A stretch of DNA of 64,000 bases from Phoronis australis (GCA_002633005.1 NMRA01000473.1:130391-194390); one strand, 5' to 3'. Shown: positions 25,976 to 38,400, counted from the stretch's first letter. Made by a program: numbers and translations. Notes: generated from the letters alone by a model not told the origin.

Positions 25976-27063
25976 TTTGATAATTCCGTCTTTTTACCAG
26001 CCGTTTACATGCAGACAGCGACGCATGCGCAATTCAATCACCACTAGTACAGCAGCGACAACGCGAGGAGAATTCCCAAAATAGTCCCATTGATTTCACA
26101 CCGCTCTCTGGCACTAACCTGACTACCGCAACTCCTGAATGTCTTCTTGTATGGTCTGTAAGTAGTTATATGAGCTTTATTGTCGTGGGCTAGCGGACAA
26201 ACATCCAGTGTTGTAATGGGGCGTAAGCGCACGTAGGCGCAGCCAACAATTTTTTTGCGTTTTAACGTAGCGCCTACTCACCGTAAGTTACGGAATAGTA
26301 GACCGTACTGAACGTAGTTGCAGCCAACCACCTTTTTACATTTTAATTTAGTGTCTACGCGCTGTTACGGCCCTGTTAGCCAAAGTCAGTTAAAACTTCA
26401 TATAAAACGATTAGAAATGGTTTATTAAACTGAACTCCCGGCCGACAGCACAACTTGCACACTAAAAAGCAAAACCAGAAAGACGCTCATGAGAGCTCAG
26501 AACAAGTCAGCTGTCGCGAATTTGCGATGCGAGTTGCGTCTCGCGTGAAATAGTGTTTAACAATAAGAGTAACACAACAGTAGTAACAGCGCCGTAAGTG
26601 ACGTCATAGTGGGACGTAGTCTCGATACGTAGCTTACGGCGTCAATGCGCTCCGCTGACGACAGCATTGTTGTCGAACATCTCGGCGCCGACACGCGACC
26701 ACCAGGCATACATGTATGCTCACCAAATAATAGAATTTTTATTAATATTTCAAGATAAAGAAACAGTTATGGTGTCCTAAAATAGTTAGATTAAGGCACA
26801 GGCGCTCGAATTTCCCGATGACTCACAATCATATATAAGAAACATTTAAATTCACGAAGACCTGCGATCATGATTAACTGCACTTAATTATGTGAACTGA
26901 TTAAATGTTTGTTGTTTTGTGGCTTGTATTTACATAAGTGTTGGAAATATTCAGGCAACCTTTTTATAAAATAATGGGTTTTGCATAAGCAAACAAGATT
27001 TTTTTTGGAAAAATTAGGAAAAATTCGAAAAAAAAATCAAATATCTCACAATATTCAAATTTT

Positions 27064-27457
27064 CAAAACTTAAAAACGTAAATTTTGACCATATAGAAAC
27101 CTTATTTTTCAGAAAACTTAAGTTTTCCGTACATGAAAAACTAAGTTTTCTGAAAAAATTATGAAGTGCAGAAAACTTAAGTTTTTAAAATTTGAAAAAC
27201 TTGAGTTTTGTGATAAACTTAATTTATCAGTAAAACTTAAGTTTTGATATCATGAAAAACTAAAGTTTTCATCAGAACTTTTACTTGAATCTTAAGTTTA
27301 TTTGTGAAAATTTAAGTTTTATATTTGAAAAAAATTAAGTTTTCCGAAAAATTTAAGTTCTCTCAAAAACTTATTAAGTTTTAAAAACTTAAATTTCTTT
27401 AAAAACGTAAGTTTTTCGTTAGAACTAAATTTTAACTTAAGTTCATTTTTGTAAGGG
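27064..27457. repeat. Array of palindromic AAAACTTAAGTTTT units with defined terminus (copy 2)
   Basis: Same units and the same terminus AACTTAAGTTCATTTTTGTAAGGG as 16384-16713, in the same orientation. Confidence 0.8.
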
Positions 27458-27464
27458 AATAAAA

Positions 27465-28225
27465 ACAGCAACAGATTTAAACCGGCTTGATATGTTTTTG
27501 GGCTAGATTTGATTCTAATGTTAAAGAACTTACAAGAAATTTGCAAAAGAATGGCTATCCCCTGGAATTAGTCAATAGCAAGACATCAACGTAACCCTGA
27601 TGATATTCATCCTGTAGACAAAACTAACTTCAAGTACTTTAAAATACCATATGTTGGTTTTTACGCCAAGATTGCTCAACGAAAACTCAACAAATTGGTG
27701 AATTATTACTGTTTTAACTTAAGAGTTGTGTTAACATTCAAGTCTCTAAAACTTGTCTAATTTATTTAAACGTAAGGACAAAATGCCTACGAGTCCAGGG
27801 TAGTGTACAAATTTATCTGTGCTGGATGTGGCTCCAGTTCTATAGGCGAAACTATTCGCCATTTGAGAACCCGGACCAGGGAGCATCTAAATTCTGACGG
27901 AGGTTCACATATTAATATTCATCTGCAGAGCTCCAATCATCGTTATCAGCAATTCTCTTTCAATGACTGCTATAATAAACCAAGCAGAAACAACAAAGGA
28001 GCTTAAAATTCGTGAGGCTCTACACATCAGTTGGTGCAAGCCCAGTCTAAATAGCCAACTGGCACACCACATACTCCCTATAACAGACCGTGTCTGTGTT
28101 TCATTACTTGTTGTTGGGGTAGCAAGGTGGCCACTGTGTTTTTCTTTTCTTCTGATGATGGTATTTCAATAAACGACACCAAAACATGTCAACCTGGTTT
28201 AAATCCGTTGTTGTTTTTATTAACA
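27465..28225 (+). mobile_element. Penelope-like element 3' end (GIY-YIG endonuclease remnant + pLTR)
   Basis: KNGYP, KIPYVG, VYKFICAGCGSSSIGETIRHLRTRTREHL and LKIREALHISWCKPSLNSQ. CTGATGA hammerhead-like core at 28152. Confidence 0.88.
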
Positions 28226-28229
28226 TATT

Positions 28230-29800
28230 ACTTCAGCTTGCTCTTGTTCAGCTTGAGTCTAAGCTCTCTGCAGCGGTTTAACAAGGTTTGAAGGCAAGTT
28301 CGTGTTTCTGACTAGTACCCGCATCTGTGACACCTGTACCATAGACAATAACATCATCTGCTATGACTACAAAATTGTCAACGCCTTCTAGGCACTGGTA
28401 AAGGTAACCCTGGAATTCTTCAGGACTAGATAATAGACTGAAAGGCGTTCGACACCAACGCATTCTTTCCCATGGAGTCTAAGAAGTCATTGGCAAGCCA
28501 AATGTTTCGCCGACTTGCAAAAAACCGTCCTTGGCATCGACGACCGAGAACGTTCTTGCCCTCGTCAGCTCTAGGGCGACATCTTCATCAATCGGGATCG
28601 GGTACTGGTTTCGCTTTCATTGCCTTGTTTAAGGAACCTGGGTCGAGGCACACTCGAATCTTGTTTGGCAAGCTAACAACAGTCATACTGCTGATCCATG
28701 GCGTTGGCTGACTCACTTTGGCTAGGAAACCCATTTTGATTAATTCGTCAAGTTTCTGTTTCACGTTTGCTGTCAGAGGTACTGGTACTCAACATCTGGC
28801 ATTCTGGACAAGTTTAACAATGGAGCCTGTCTCAATATCAGGAGAGCCTGACGGCTTTCCCACACTAGTGAGCACATCGGCATACTCGGACAGGATTTTT
28901 CCATTGGATGTTGTGTCACTGTCGGATGATGAGAGTCACTAGCATCAGTCAAAACGTGGAAACAAACTTCCTTTATCACGTTGTTGGATACGGTACAGCT
29001 GATAAACGTTGTGCCCAAAGGTGATCTAATATGGGAACATTCAAAGGGAGTTATGTTCATTTCCGGCAGTGACGGAGGTTTTGCCGTAATCAGCTTTAGT
29101 GGGTAACATTGAATGTGGCAACTAGGTTTATCGGCACAGGAAGGGAAATTGGGTTGCCTTGCAGTGCGTGCATTTAGAACATTGTGGTGTACTGCGACCT
29201 CCTTTAAGCCTTGGTCACAACCCGCCGTACGTGCAAGTGCGTGCTGTCTACGTGTAAAAACGTGGGGGAAATTTGGCGATCCGTACGTGGCAAGTACGGC
29301 CTCCGTGCGTTTTGGTGAATACGCAGGAGAACGCAGACACGACGTAGCACTTTTAGTGCATGCANGATCTAATATGGGAACATTCAAAGGGAGTTATGTT
29401 CATTTCCGGCAGTGACGGAGGTTTTGCCGTAATCAGCTTTAGTGGGTAACATTGAATGTGGCAACTAGGTTTATCGGCACAGGAAGGGAAATTGGGTTGC
29501 CTTGTAGTGCGTGCATTTAGAACATTGTGGTGTACTGAGACCTCCTTTATCGGTTGACACAGTGTATATACTGTCACCATTGTTGGGGCTCTCATAAAAG
29601 CCGTTCACTCTATGCACTTGTGGTTGACGGGGCTTCTGTTGCGAATGTGTAGACTATTTTCAAGCAAGTGGCTTGCTTTGTCTGCACACCTATGGAAAGT
29701 GATTGCCTTTTCCACATTTGTCACATTTGTGACCATAGGGCGGATACTGCTTAGGCTTGTGAGGCTGACCACAGACCTTCCAACGAAACTGAAGGCTTAC
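28230..29800 (-). mobile_element. Gypsy/Ty3 gag-protease-RT remnant
   Basis: CDKCGKGNHF..VC zinc knuckle near 29680-29730. TPWISSMTVV..KIRVCLDP..LNKA, RWCRTPFSLLSSPEEFQ, VIADDVIVYG and LKLNKSK motifs. Confidence 0.88.
29207..29364 (+). mobile_element. Harbinger-like MITE 5' end inserted at TTA, cut by the assembly join
   Basis: Starts AGCCTTGGTCACA immediately after TTA. Absent from the duplicated copy of the same flank at 29366-29549. Confidence 0.55.
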
Positions 29801-31224
29801 TTCTTCCAAAACATCCAAACCAACTTAAATTTTTTTTTTTGGAAATATCATGGTAAAAAGTTTAGTAAGGAACGTCCCGCACAGGAATAAACAAACAGTG
29901 ATGGTGTGGCATTCATTACCCAGTGACCAAGTGGATGCACGCGCGCCTTCTCTTTAAAAACTGCATCATACGGCGTTTTTTGGACAGGCATTGAGGGAAA
30001 ACGATTTCACATTTAGTGTTACAAAATCGCCACTGTCTCAGAACACTAATTCTTTACGAGCGATACACGGAGAGATATGAGGCTTTGAAGCCATTTTGAT
30101 CAACATAACATTTAAAGTACAAATAATACCATAGTTTTTTAAACATGGCGACAAATATTTGTGGAATCTTGTGAGTGCAAGGCGTAGGTCCTCGTTTGGT
30201 GTAGATACGCCTCTTGTTTTATCTTTCTTGTTTGCCCATAAGTAAACACGCTGTGCTAGCTGAGAATGCCTCATGTAGAACATGCCCTACCTCCATGTAT
30301 TTGAATGCTAGAATACGGACCCGTTATTCAGGGAATTAGCTGGACGCTACACTCACGCAGGCAGGACTTTCTTTACTTTCACAGTCGCTCTCAGAGTTCA
30401 ATCGTGTGACAGTTTTACTGTGACAGGGATCGGCATGGGGCCCCTGTAGTCGTGGGGGATAGGGCAAGTGCCCTAGTACTCCGTGTGGCAAAGATGGCAC
30501 AAGAGAAAAGTGTAATTATGATATAGACCAATCGTTTTGCTTGTATCTGGAACGCATGCACAAACATGTGGTAGATATATTGCGTGCACCTAAGGTGCAC
30601 CAAAATATTACCCGTGGAACGCTGAAATTAAATTAACGAGTAGCGAGAATATTGAGAAAGGGGGAACATTAGGTACGGGTAAAATCGGGATGGGGGGACA
30701 TAGGAACAGGGAAATTTATGGATCAGGGAACATCGAGCCATCTGCAATAAATCTCAAACATAATCATTTCATGGCGTTTTTCATGTTATATAAGTAATTT
30801 TGGTGTGAGCGCTGCCGTACTGACACCATGTGACTTCATCGGTGCCTTCCTGTTGGTCGCACTACGCGAGGTAATGTTGTCGGTCTTACCCACAAGGGTG
30901 GAGTAACGTTCTAGCGTGTCAAAAAAATTTCGACATGTAGCCTGGCAAATCCGTTGCTCCATTGAAGCATTTTCTCGAAATTGACAGTTTGCGAAAGGTT
31001 AATTGTTTGACTGAGGCAGATTACACGCGTGTAACTTGCTTTGTGTGTAGGCCAAAGTGTTTTTAAACGAGTATCTTTTTCCGCGTTTTAATGTGCTTAG
31101 TCAACGGGTAGTTTTTTTTAATCTACGCGCACTTTTATTCAGTTCATATAGTCCAATCACGTTCGTGCTCTGAACTTAATTAATTAAGAGCGGAATGATG
31201 ATCGTTTAAGAACTAAACTTTAGC

Positions 31225-31656
31225 ATAGATTAAGCAAAAGAACACGTAGATTAAACAAAAGAACACGTAGATTAAGCAAAAGAACACGTAGATTAAGCAA
31301 GAGAACACATAGATTAAGCAAAAGAACTCGTAGATTAAGTAAAAGAACACGTAGATTAAGTAAAAGAACACGTAGATTAAGTAAAAGAACACGTAGATTA
31401 AGTAAAAGAACACGTAGATTAAGTAAAAGAACACGTAGATTAAGTAAAAGAACTCGTAGATTAAGTAAAAGAACACGTAGATTAAGCAAAAGAACAAGTA
31501 GATTAAGTAAAAGAACACGTAGATTAAGGAAAAGAACACGTAGATTAAGCTAAAGAACACATAAATTAAACAAAAGATCACGTAGATTAAGCAAACGAAC
31601 TCGTAGATTCAGTAAAAGAACTCGTAGATTAAGTAAAAGAACACGTAGATTAAGCA
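31225..31656. repeat. 21-bp minisatellite, ~20 copies
   Basis: Unit GTAGATTAAGYAAAAGAACAC. It accounts for the spurious low-complexity ORFs 31213-31581 and 31220-31489. Confidence 0.95.
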
Positions 31657-31795
31657 CATGTCAACACACAAAAACTTATTAGTCGTTTAAGAACCCTTTG
31701 GCGCTTCATAGCTTCGGGTGGACTTCGCTTCAGAGCATGGGAAGAAAAACTAGTCAGTGCATTGAAGATCGCTTGCGCATATCTATCATACTCAC

Positions 31796-32077
31796 AGAAA
31801 GTCCACATCACCCGAATCACGTCTGATGACGACGTCGTGGTTGCTGAGAAACCATTGTTTCGGTAGACATTACATTCTGCGTCGTTTACCTTCATCACAC
31901 CCTCCGTTGTGTTATCGAGACAAAAACATGAAGAATCAGGGATATATCCACTGAAATGTTTACCAATAAGTTTGCACTGTTGCCTACACTCTCCCATCCA
32001 GACAGACGACTTGGAAAATACCTTCATGACTGCATTCATGTTTTGTATGCGAAAACATCCAACATAATGTCTTAGTT
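31796..32077 (-). CDS. Exon: divergent WSC domain 1
   Basis: Acceptor cttcttttcag|AA, donor TTCT|gtgagt, 282 bp. Translation HYVGCFR...ECRQQCKLIGKHFSG...SCFC...DAECN...IRVM. Confidence 0.82.
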
Positions 32078-32327
32078 CTGAAAAGAAGAGCGTAAAGAGT
32101 AAAATCTTTATATACGTTTCCTATTTTCACAATTCCTTTAGCCCTGTCCGGTCGGTAAAAATAAAGAAGCGTAAATAAATCCTTTGGTGTATGTTAGTAT
32201 GAAACTTTGAGAAATCACGTGATTCCATGAATGCAATATATGCCTGATTTTGTAACCAGCATACGTGTCCAACGCTAGTGCTTTTACCTAATTGCAGCGT
32301 GTTTGCAGTGTTACGAAGTAATACTAT

Positions 32328-32797
32328 TTAAAGGCATGATTTTTTTCAAAATTGCTATATTTTTGCCATTGTCGCAACTTTATTCTTAAACTCGACAGCA
32401 GCAGAAGTTATAAATAACACTCAGCTCATCTATGCTCAACAGCACAAAGATTACTTAAAATAATAGCAAAGCCAGTTTTGGCCTGGCATCGTATATCAGC
32501 GACTTAACGATACAGCTCTCTGCACGGCAATTAACCCTCGTAAATCCTCAAAAGTTTGGAGCAAATTTTACAAATTCCTAACAAAATCTGCTAAACGGCC
32601 AGGCGTGACCCTCTTTGTAGTCAGCCGGACAAAACTTTTGAAAACGTTTTGATGGCAAAGTCATGTTAGAAGTCACGACACTTATCATAATAATCCAAAA
32701 CTGTAACTGTTTTGGGGGTTGACAAGCTCAAAATTACGAATTAACAAAGGTGTTAACCTCTTTAAGCTGGGGTTATTCTCTTTAAGCTTGCCTTTAA
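32328..32797. mobile_element. TTAA-flanked Kolobok-like non-autonomous element
   Basis: TTAA|AGGCA ... TGCCT|TTAA. The right part matches 38232-38400 in reverse complement. Confidence 0.6.
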
Positions 32798-35491
32798 GTC
32801 TTTATCGCAAGGGGTATTCTAGTTCAAAAACTTAATTATGTATACCAAATTAAGTAATATGTAACATAGCATAACGTTCACATCCTTTCTGTTATCAAAC
32901 TAAAAGCCTCTTTAGCACAGTTTTGTACCTCGGCCGAGATCGGAAAATCGTCGACTATTCCCGTCTATTTCCGTGACCTGAGTTCCTGTGTGTCCTCTCG
33001 GGAACGATTCCTGGATGCCACCCATGTTGTCCTTGACATCACCGTGAGCGTAAATGCGTTGTTACTTTGTTTGGCTGTTTTTGATTCCCATTTTGGTTCT
33101 TTTTTATATAAACTTGATTATTTGTTGTTAATTTTGTCTGTTCTTTGCATATGACGAATGGTATTACGTGCACAATGATAGTTAGAAATACAGACGCAGT
33201 CTCCGGCGTAGCCAACGCTCGGCTACTGAGGTCATTCCTGACTCATCGCGAGAGTACGTCAAATTAGCAACAGTAACCGTTTAGGTAATAAATTAGAGGA
33301 AAAAAGTTTATTGATCAACAAATGTCTCATCTTTATCGCCATATTTTGAAACTGAGGCAAAGTACCAGCCTGTCACGGTGATTACCCGAATGTGTGAGCG
33401 CAGTGCGTAATTGGCAGCAAATCGGCACCGGCTTTACTGGCCGTTTAAAAATGTAAAATAGAAAAAACACCCACATACGGCGGTGTTTCGACACAAAAAA
33501 CAGGTTTTATCTCAAAACAGTGAGTTCCATACCTGTGCTTGATTTTGCTGCCATGACAAAGTAACCGGTGACGCAATTCTCTCGGCGGCCTGCCGTCGCC
33601 GTGACTCTTCTCCGGGAACTGATAATCACTTGCTAAAGTGGCTTTGATTTTCAATTATCAGGGAAAATATATTTTCAAACCTCACAAAACAAACTTACGA
33701 TGTATACCTCTGTTGTCTAAATATAAACATTCCGTGCCGCAAACCGGAGCGGGGGCGGGGGGGAGAGTGTAGTGAATTTTAGTCAATCAGCAGAATATCG
33801 GCGATGGGAATATATTGGAGTGTTAGGAGCATGACGCAGTATTTTTTAATCTCTTTGTCACAGGAATTTCACTCATTCAGGGCCGGGTAGCTAATTAACG
33901 TTTTCATCTTGCCCAGTGGAGCACAGATGTCCGCCAGTGCACAGCAGGCCAGGCGGTCCGGCTCCGCAGGCTCAGTAGCAGCATAAACGAATGTTTCTGG
34001 CTAAGTGGGAATTATTCCTTTTACGTTTAACTTATTAATACTTATCGTATTATACCACTTTGGCACCATGGCAAGTTTCTACCTGAAGTTATTTCGCCAC
34101 CAAATAGTATTCGTCAGCCGCCCGGCCGTAGCGAATTAAGTCGCATCTAAATTTACTTTCCATATTTCCGCAAGTTTAACTGTGAGGATATTCTACGTGT
34201 ATAGCAATTTTATTCAATAATTTCATGTTGCATGTTCGTTGTTCTGTTTATACTTTTTGTTTACGAGAGTTAAATGAACCCAGTAAAACACGCCTAGCTT
34301 AGCGTCATGCGCTATAGTCGGACCCGGTTGTTATTTTCTCGTTGGCGCAGGACTGTTACTAGTCCGTAATTTTATACAAGTGTCGGAAACTATCTGTGTA
34401 TGTATACGGCATTCATGATTTGAACCATTTATTCCAATAAAACAGCCGGGGACGGCATGCCTTCGTCGTTTGTCAGTGCGAGTGGTCTCGATCGGTTTGC
34501 ACCAGGCCAGCGGCTACAGGTCCGAGCCCGGCAAAATAATATCTGTCAAAATTTATTTTGCCATATTTGTCAACATTTTCAGTACACATTGTCCCTATTT
34601 TGGTTTTTATTAAAGTTGAGGTCCACTGTCGATTATTTTATCCCCGTTTGCAGGCTGGTAACAGACACTGCTCCAGTCGCATAGACGGCGCATACTAAGC
34701 CTGGTTTCCTGAATGAATTGTACCTCCGGTATCGCGGTTAGTTCAAAATGGCGATGTGATCTTCGGGTAGGAATCGTGAGTGACGCGTTTATTTAAACTT
34801 TCTTCGACTACGGATTGTGTATTGGTTATTGGATAAGTACTGCGTGTTTCTTTATAATGTGTTCTAACCATTTAATAATGGTTAAGTTAAAAACGTGTTC
34901 TTCTAGGAATTTAATAAGGTGACTAAGTTGGTCATTTCAGGGCGTCAAGTTACCACAGCTCTCAATGGTTGATGTCTGCCAAATATGGTTTACATTAGTC
35001 AATGAATAGAAGGGTTACATACAGAGAATAACATAAAAGCTGCTGCGTTAATTACTAACTAAAACCAAAAACTAGTATTTCAAAACCAGCAGTACCATTT
35101 TTTAAATCCAAAAATAATTGCCATGGGAACGATTGTAAATAATCCTGTCAACTGTTTTTCGGCTACATAAACGCTGCGTAAAACCCAAACAAAAGAATGA
35201 AATGAATAAAGCAAATGTTTCTGGTTGGTTTTATCGAAGGTGTGCTATAAATACCCATATGGTATCTATAGCCTAATTTTAGAATCTAGTAAAGGGTTTT
35301 CATCACAGCGGATATGCGTATCTATCAGAAGCATTCAAGGCACGGCCGGTGGCACTAATATAGCGTGTTCACGATTCTTTATAGATAAGTTTTCGGCGCA
35401 AAACTTGCATTGTTTCCAAGTTCATAACTACTTCAAGTTTGATAAAATTGCAAACAACAGTGTCTGCAACACAATTTCCTGGCATTTTTTG

Positions 35492-36692
35492 TGTTATTGT
35501 ATAGGCAACTTAGCTTTATTGTATAGGCAGTTTAGCTTTGTTGTATAGGGAGTTTAGCTTTATTGTAGTGGCAGTTTAGCTTTATTGTATAGGCAATTTA
35601 GCTTTATTGTATAGGCAATTTAGCTTTATTGTATAGGCAGTTTAGCTTTGCTGTATAGGCAGTTTAGCTTTGTGTATAGGCAATTTAGCTTTATTGTATA
35701 GGCAGTTTAGCTTTGCTTTATAGACAGTTTAGCTTTGTTGTATAGGCAGTTTAGCTTTGTTATATAGGCAGTTTAGCTTTGTTGTATAGGGAGTTTAGCT
35801 TTATTGCATAGGCAATTTAGCTTTATTGTATATGCAATTTAGCTTTATTGTATAGGCAGTTTAGCTTTGCTTTATAGACAGTTTAGCTTTGTTGTATAGG
35901 CAGTTTAGCTTTGTTATATAGGCAGTTTAGCTTTGTTGTATAGGGAGTTTAGCTTTATTGCATAGGCAATTTAGCTTTATTGTATATGCAATTTAGCTTT
36001 ATTGTATAGGCAGTTTAGCTTTGCTTTATAGACAGTTTAGCTTTGTTGTATAGGCAGTTTAGCTTTGTTATATAGGCAGTTTAGCTTTGTTGTATAGGGA
36101 GTTTAGCTTTATTGCATAGGCAATTTAGCTTTATTGTATATGCAATTTAGCTTTATTGTATAGGCAGTTTAGCTTTGTTGTATAGGCAGTTTAGCTTTGT
36201 TGTATAGGCAGTTTAGCTTTGTTGTATAGGCAGTTTAGCTTTGTTGTATAGGCAGTTTAGCTTTGTTGTATAGGCAATTTAGCTTTATTGTATAGGCAAT
36301 TTAGCTTTATTGTATATGCAATTTAGTTTTATTGTATAGGCAGTTTAGCTTTGTTGTATAGGCAGTTTAGCTTTATTGTATAGGCAGTTTAGCTTTGTTG
36401 CATAGGCAGTTTAGCTTTATTTTATAGGCAGTTTAGCTTTGTTGTATAGGCAGTTTAGCTTTGTTGTATAGGCAATTTAGTTTTATTGTATAGGGAGTTT
36501 AGCTTTATTGTATAGGCAGTTTAGCTTTGATGTATAGGGAGTTTAGCTTTATTGTATAGACAGTTTAGCTTTATTGTATAGGCAATTTAGCTTTATTGTA
36601 TAGGCAGTTTAGCTTTGTTGTATAGGCAGTTTAGCTTTGTTGTATAGGCAGTTTAGTTTTGTTGTATAGGCAGTTTAGCTTTATTGTTTAGG
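35492..36692. repeat. 22-bp minisatellite, ~54 copies
   Basis: Unit TGTATAGGCARTTTAGCTTTRT. Confidence 0.97.
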
Positions 36693-38231
36693 TTGTGGTA
36701 ATAACAATCACTTTTGTATTTTTCTGTTAAAATATATAAAAACAGTTTATAAAGCTATTTAAAAATAGTTAAAATTTTGAGAAAACGCATGAGATAATTT
36801 GGCATAAAAGGCTTTTTCCGACGTCGCAATGTTTTCGTATTGCCTATTGGTATTTCGAAATCCCTGTTCCATTAGTTTGTTTTCAAAGATGATTAGCGAT
36901 ATCCTTTGTACTTCATCTAAAACTTTATGAATAAACTCTAAACATAATGCCGTTTTCTACGATTTAAGTGTTTTGTTTTTCGGGATTTGTTAATTGTACT
37001 GTCCTTACGAATAATTTCCCTTTCAGGCAAATAGATGGTTACACGTGCATCTAATGTAAATAAAATTCCTGACCCACAAATTGTCAGAGTGTACCATAAA
37101 TTACCGCCAATAAGGCTTACGTTCGAATAAAAAGCCACCCATTTTAAATTTCCCTAGAAAACACGTCATTTCGACCTATGCAGTCTATTGTAACCATTGC
37201 TACGGGTGCTGTTTGTCTTATTATTTCATCTAATAGTTTCTTGGAATGGTATTAGTTAGTCAATACTTTATTAACTGTAATGGTAAAAATCATGGCTAAG
37301 TGGCACAAAACACAGGACAAAAATATCGACATGCATGATAGATATTCACAGTAATTCCATGGCTTTGAAGTCGAATACAGGCATTCCGGATAGTTGCATT
37401 TTTCATTATTCCCAGAAAATACGTTATTCCGCCTGAACAAGGAAAGTTTGCTGAAAGTTTTTGTCTTCATTTTCCTTCTTCCGTTCTGCTACAGGGGATG
37501 AGTTTTTATTGGAATCTTCAGAAAATGCATTGTTTTTTTAGCCAATTTTAGCTCTTGGCTTTGTGAAAGCCAAGCGTCTTTCAGCCGCGCCGGACATGAC
37601 ACCAAATAGATCACCAAATTTTGCATGGTTTTTTGAGGTACGCAGTGAGACTTAATAACAACTTTTGAATTGAGTGAAATAAGGAATCAAAAGTTTACTG
37701 ACAAATCCCAATGGGAATCCTACTGAATTATGTGAATGGAATGTGAGTTAGACACTACCTTAACCTAGGGTTAGTCAGAGTCGAGAATTAACCTATCACC
37801 AGGATTTTGACTGACGGCTTAACTGACCAATCAAAACGCAACATTCTAGGCTCACCTTCATTTGCTTTTCCAAGCCGCCATTTTATTTGACAAACAACAC
37901 GTTGTCGGCGACTTTTCACAAGGGGGCAGAGCTTGCGATTGGTCAAATTTGACAACGTTCTTCATTTAATACTGGAAATTGAATTCTAACAAGGGCTTCG
38001 ACAATTTATCAGAATTGGCATGTAATTAAGCGTACCAGTATAAAAATGGCCAATTTAAACAAAAAATCGTATCAATCATTCAAATGTGGAAGCGGGCCTA
38101 CATGAAGTTGTTTTCTATTTGTGACCCTGTTTTTCATTGGCTAGTCTAAACAATAATAACTAGACAATAGCAAATGAGAGTAGTGCTTACTTAACGAACT
38201 GAAAGTACCTACTTAGTTACACTTCATTATC

Positions 38232-38400
38232 ATAAGGCACCTTCAAGAGAATAATCCCAACTTAAAACGCTAGTAGCTTCGTTAATTCGCAATTTTAAGC
38301 TTGGCAACCCCAGTGTTCAGTATTAGGTACGTGTTTTCACTACTAACATGACTTCGACATCAAAACATTATGTAAATGATTTGTCAAGTATTGGTCGGCT
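38232..38400 (-). mobile_element. Partial inverted copy of the 32328-32797 element
   Basis: AAGAGAATAATCCCA, GTTAATTCG.AATTTT.AGCTTG.CAACCCC and CTAACATGACTT..CATCAAAAC match 32640-32795 in reverse. Confidence 0.6.

Larger units (their letters stand above)
21188..26088. mobile_element. Complete, decayed ISL2EU-type (PHIS superfamily) DNA transposon
   Basis: TIRs GGGGCTATT / AATAGTCCC with shared subterminal TGTACTAGTGGTGAT. AT duplicated on both sides (caAT|...|ATtg). Carries convergent SAP-YqaJ (+) and THAP (-) gene remnants. Confidence 0.8.

Noticed and set aside
26363-26665. Possible solo LTR (TG...CA, minus-strand AATAAA)
   Set aside because: No second copy, PBS/PPT or TSD is visible.
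16715-29800. Idea that the Gypsy RT fragments are one element split by an inversion
   Set aside because: The start of the 16715 fragment (MLLLAIMENFRKQG) covers the same RT position as the end of the 28230 fragment (HELAF..RCRELRL) with different sequence, so they are separate elements.
31213-31581. Hydrophobic repeat protein ORFs
   Set aside because: Translation artefacts of the 21-bp minisatellite.
35492-36692. CRISPR-like appearance of this and the 53768-54035 array
   Set aside because: Head-to-tail units without unique spacers, no cas genes, and a eukaryotic context.
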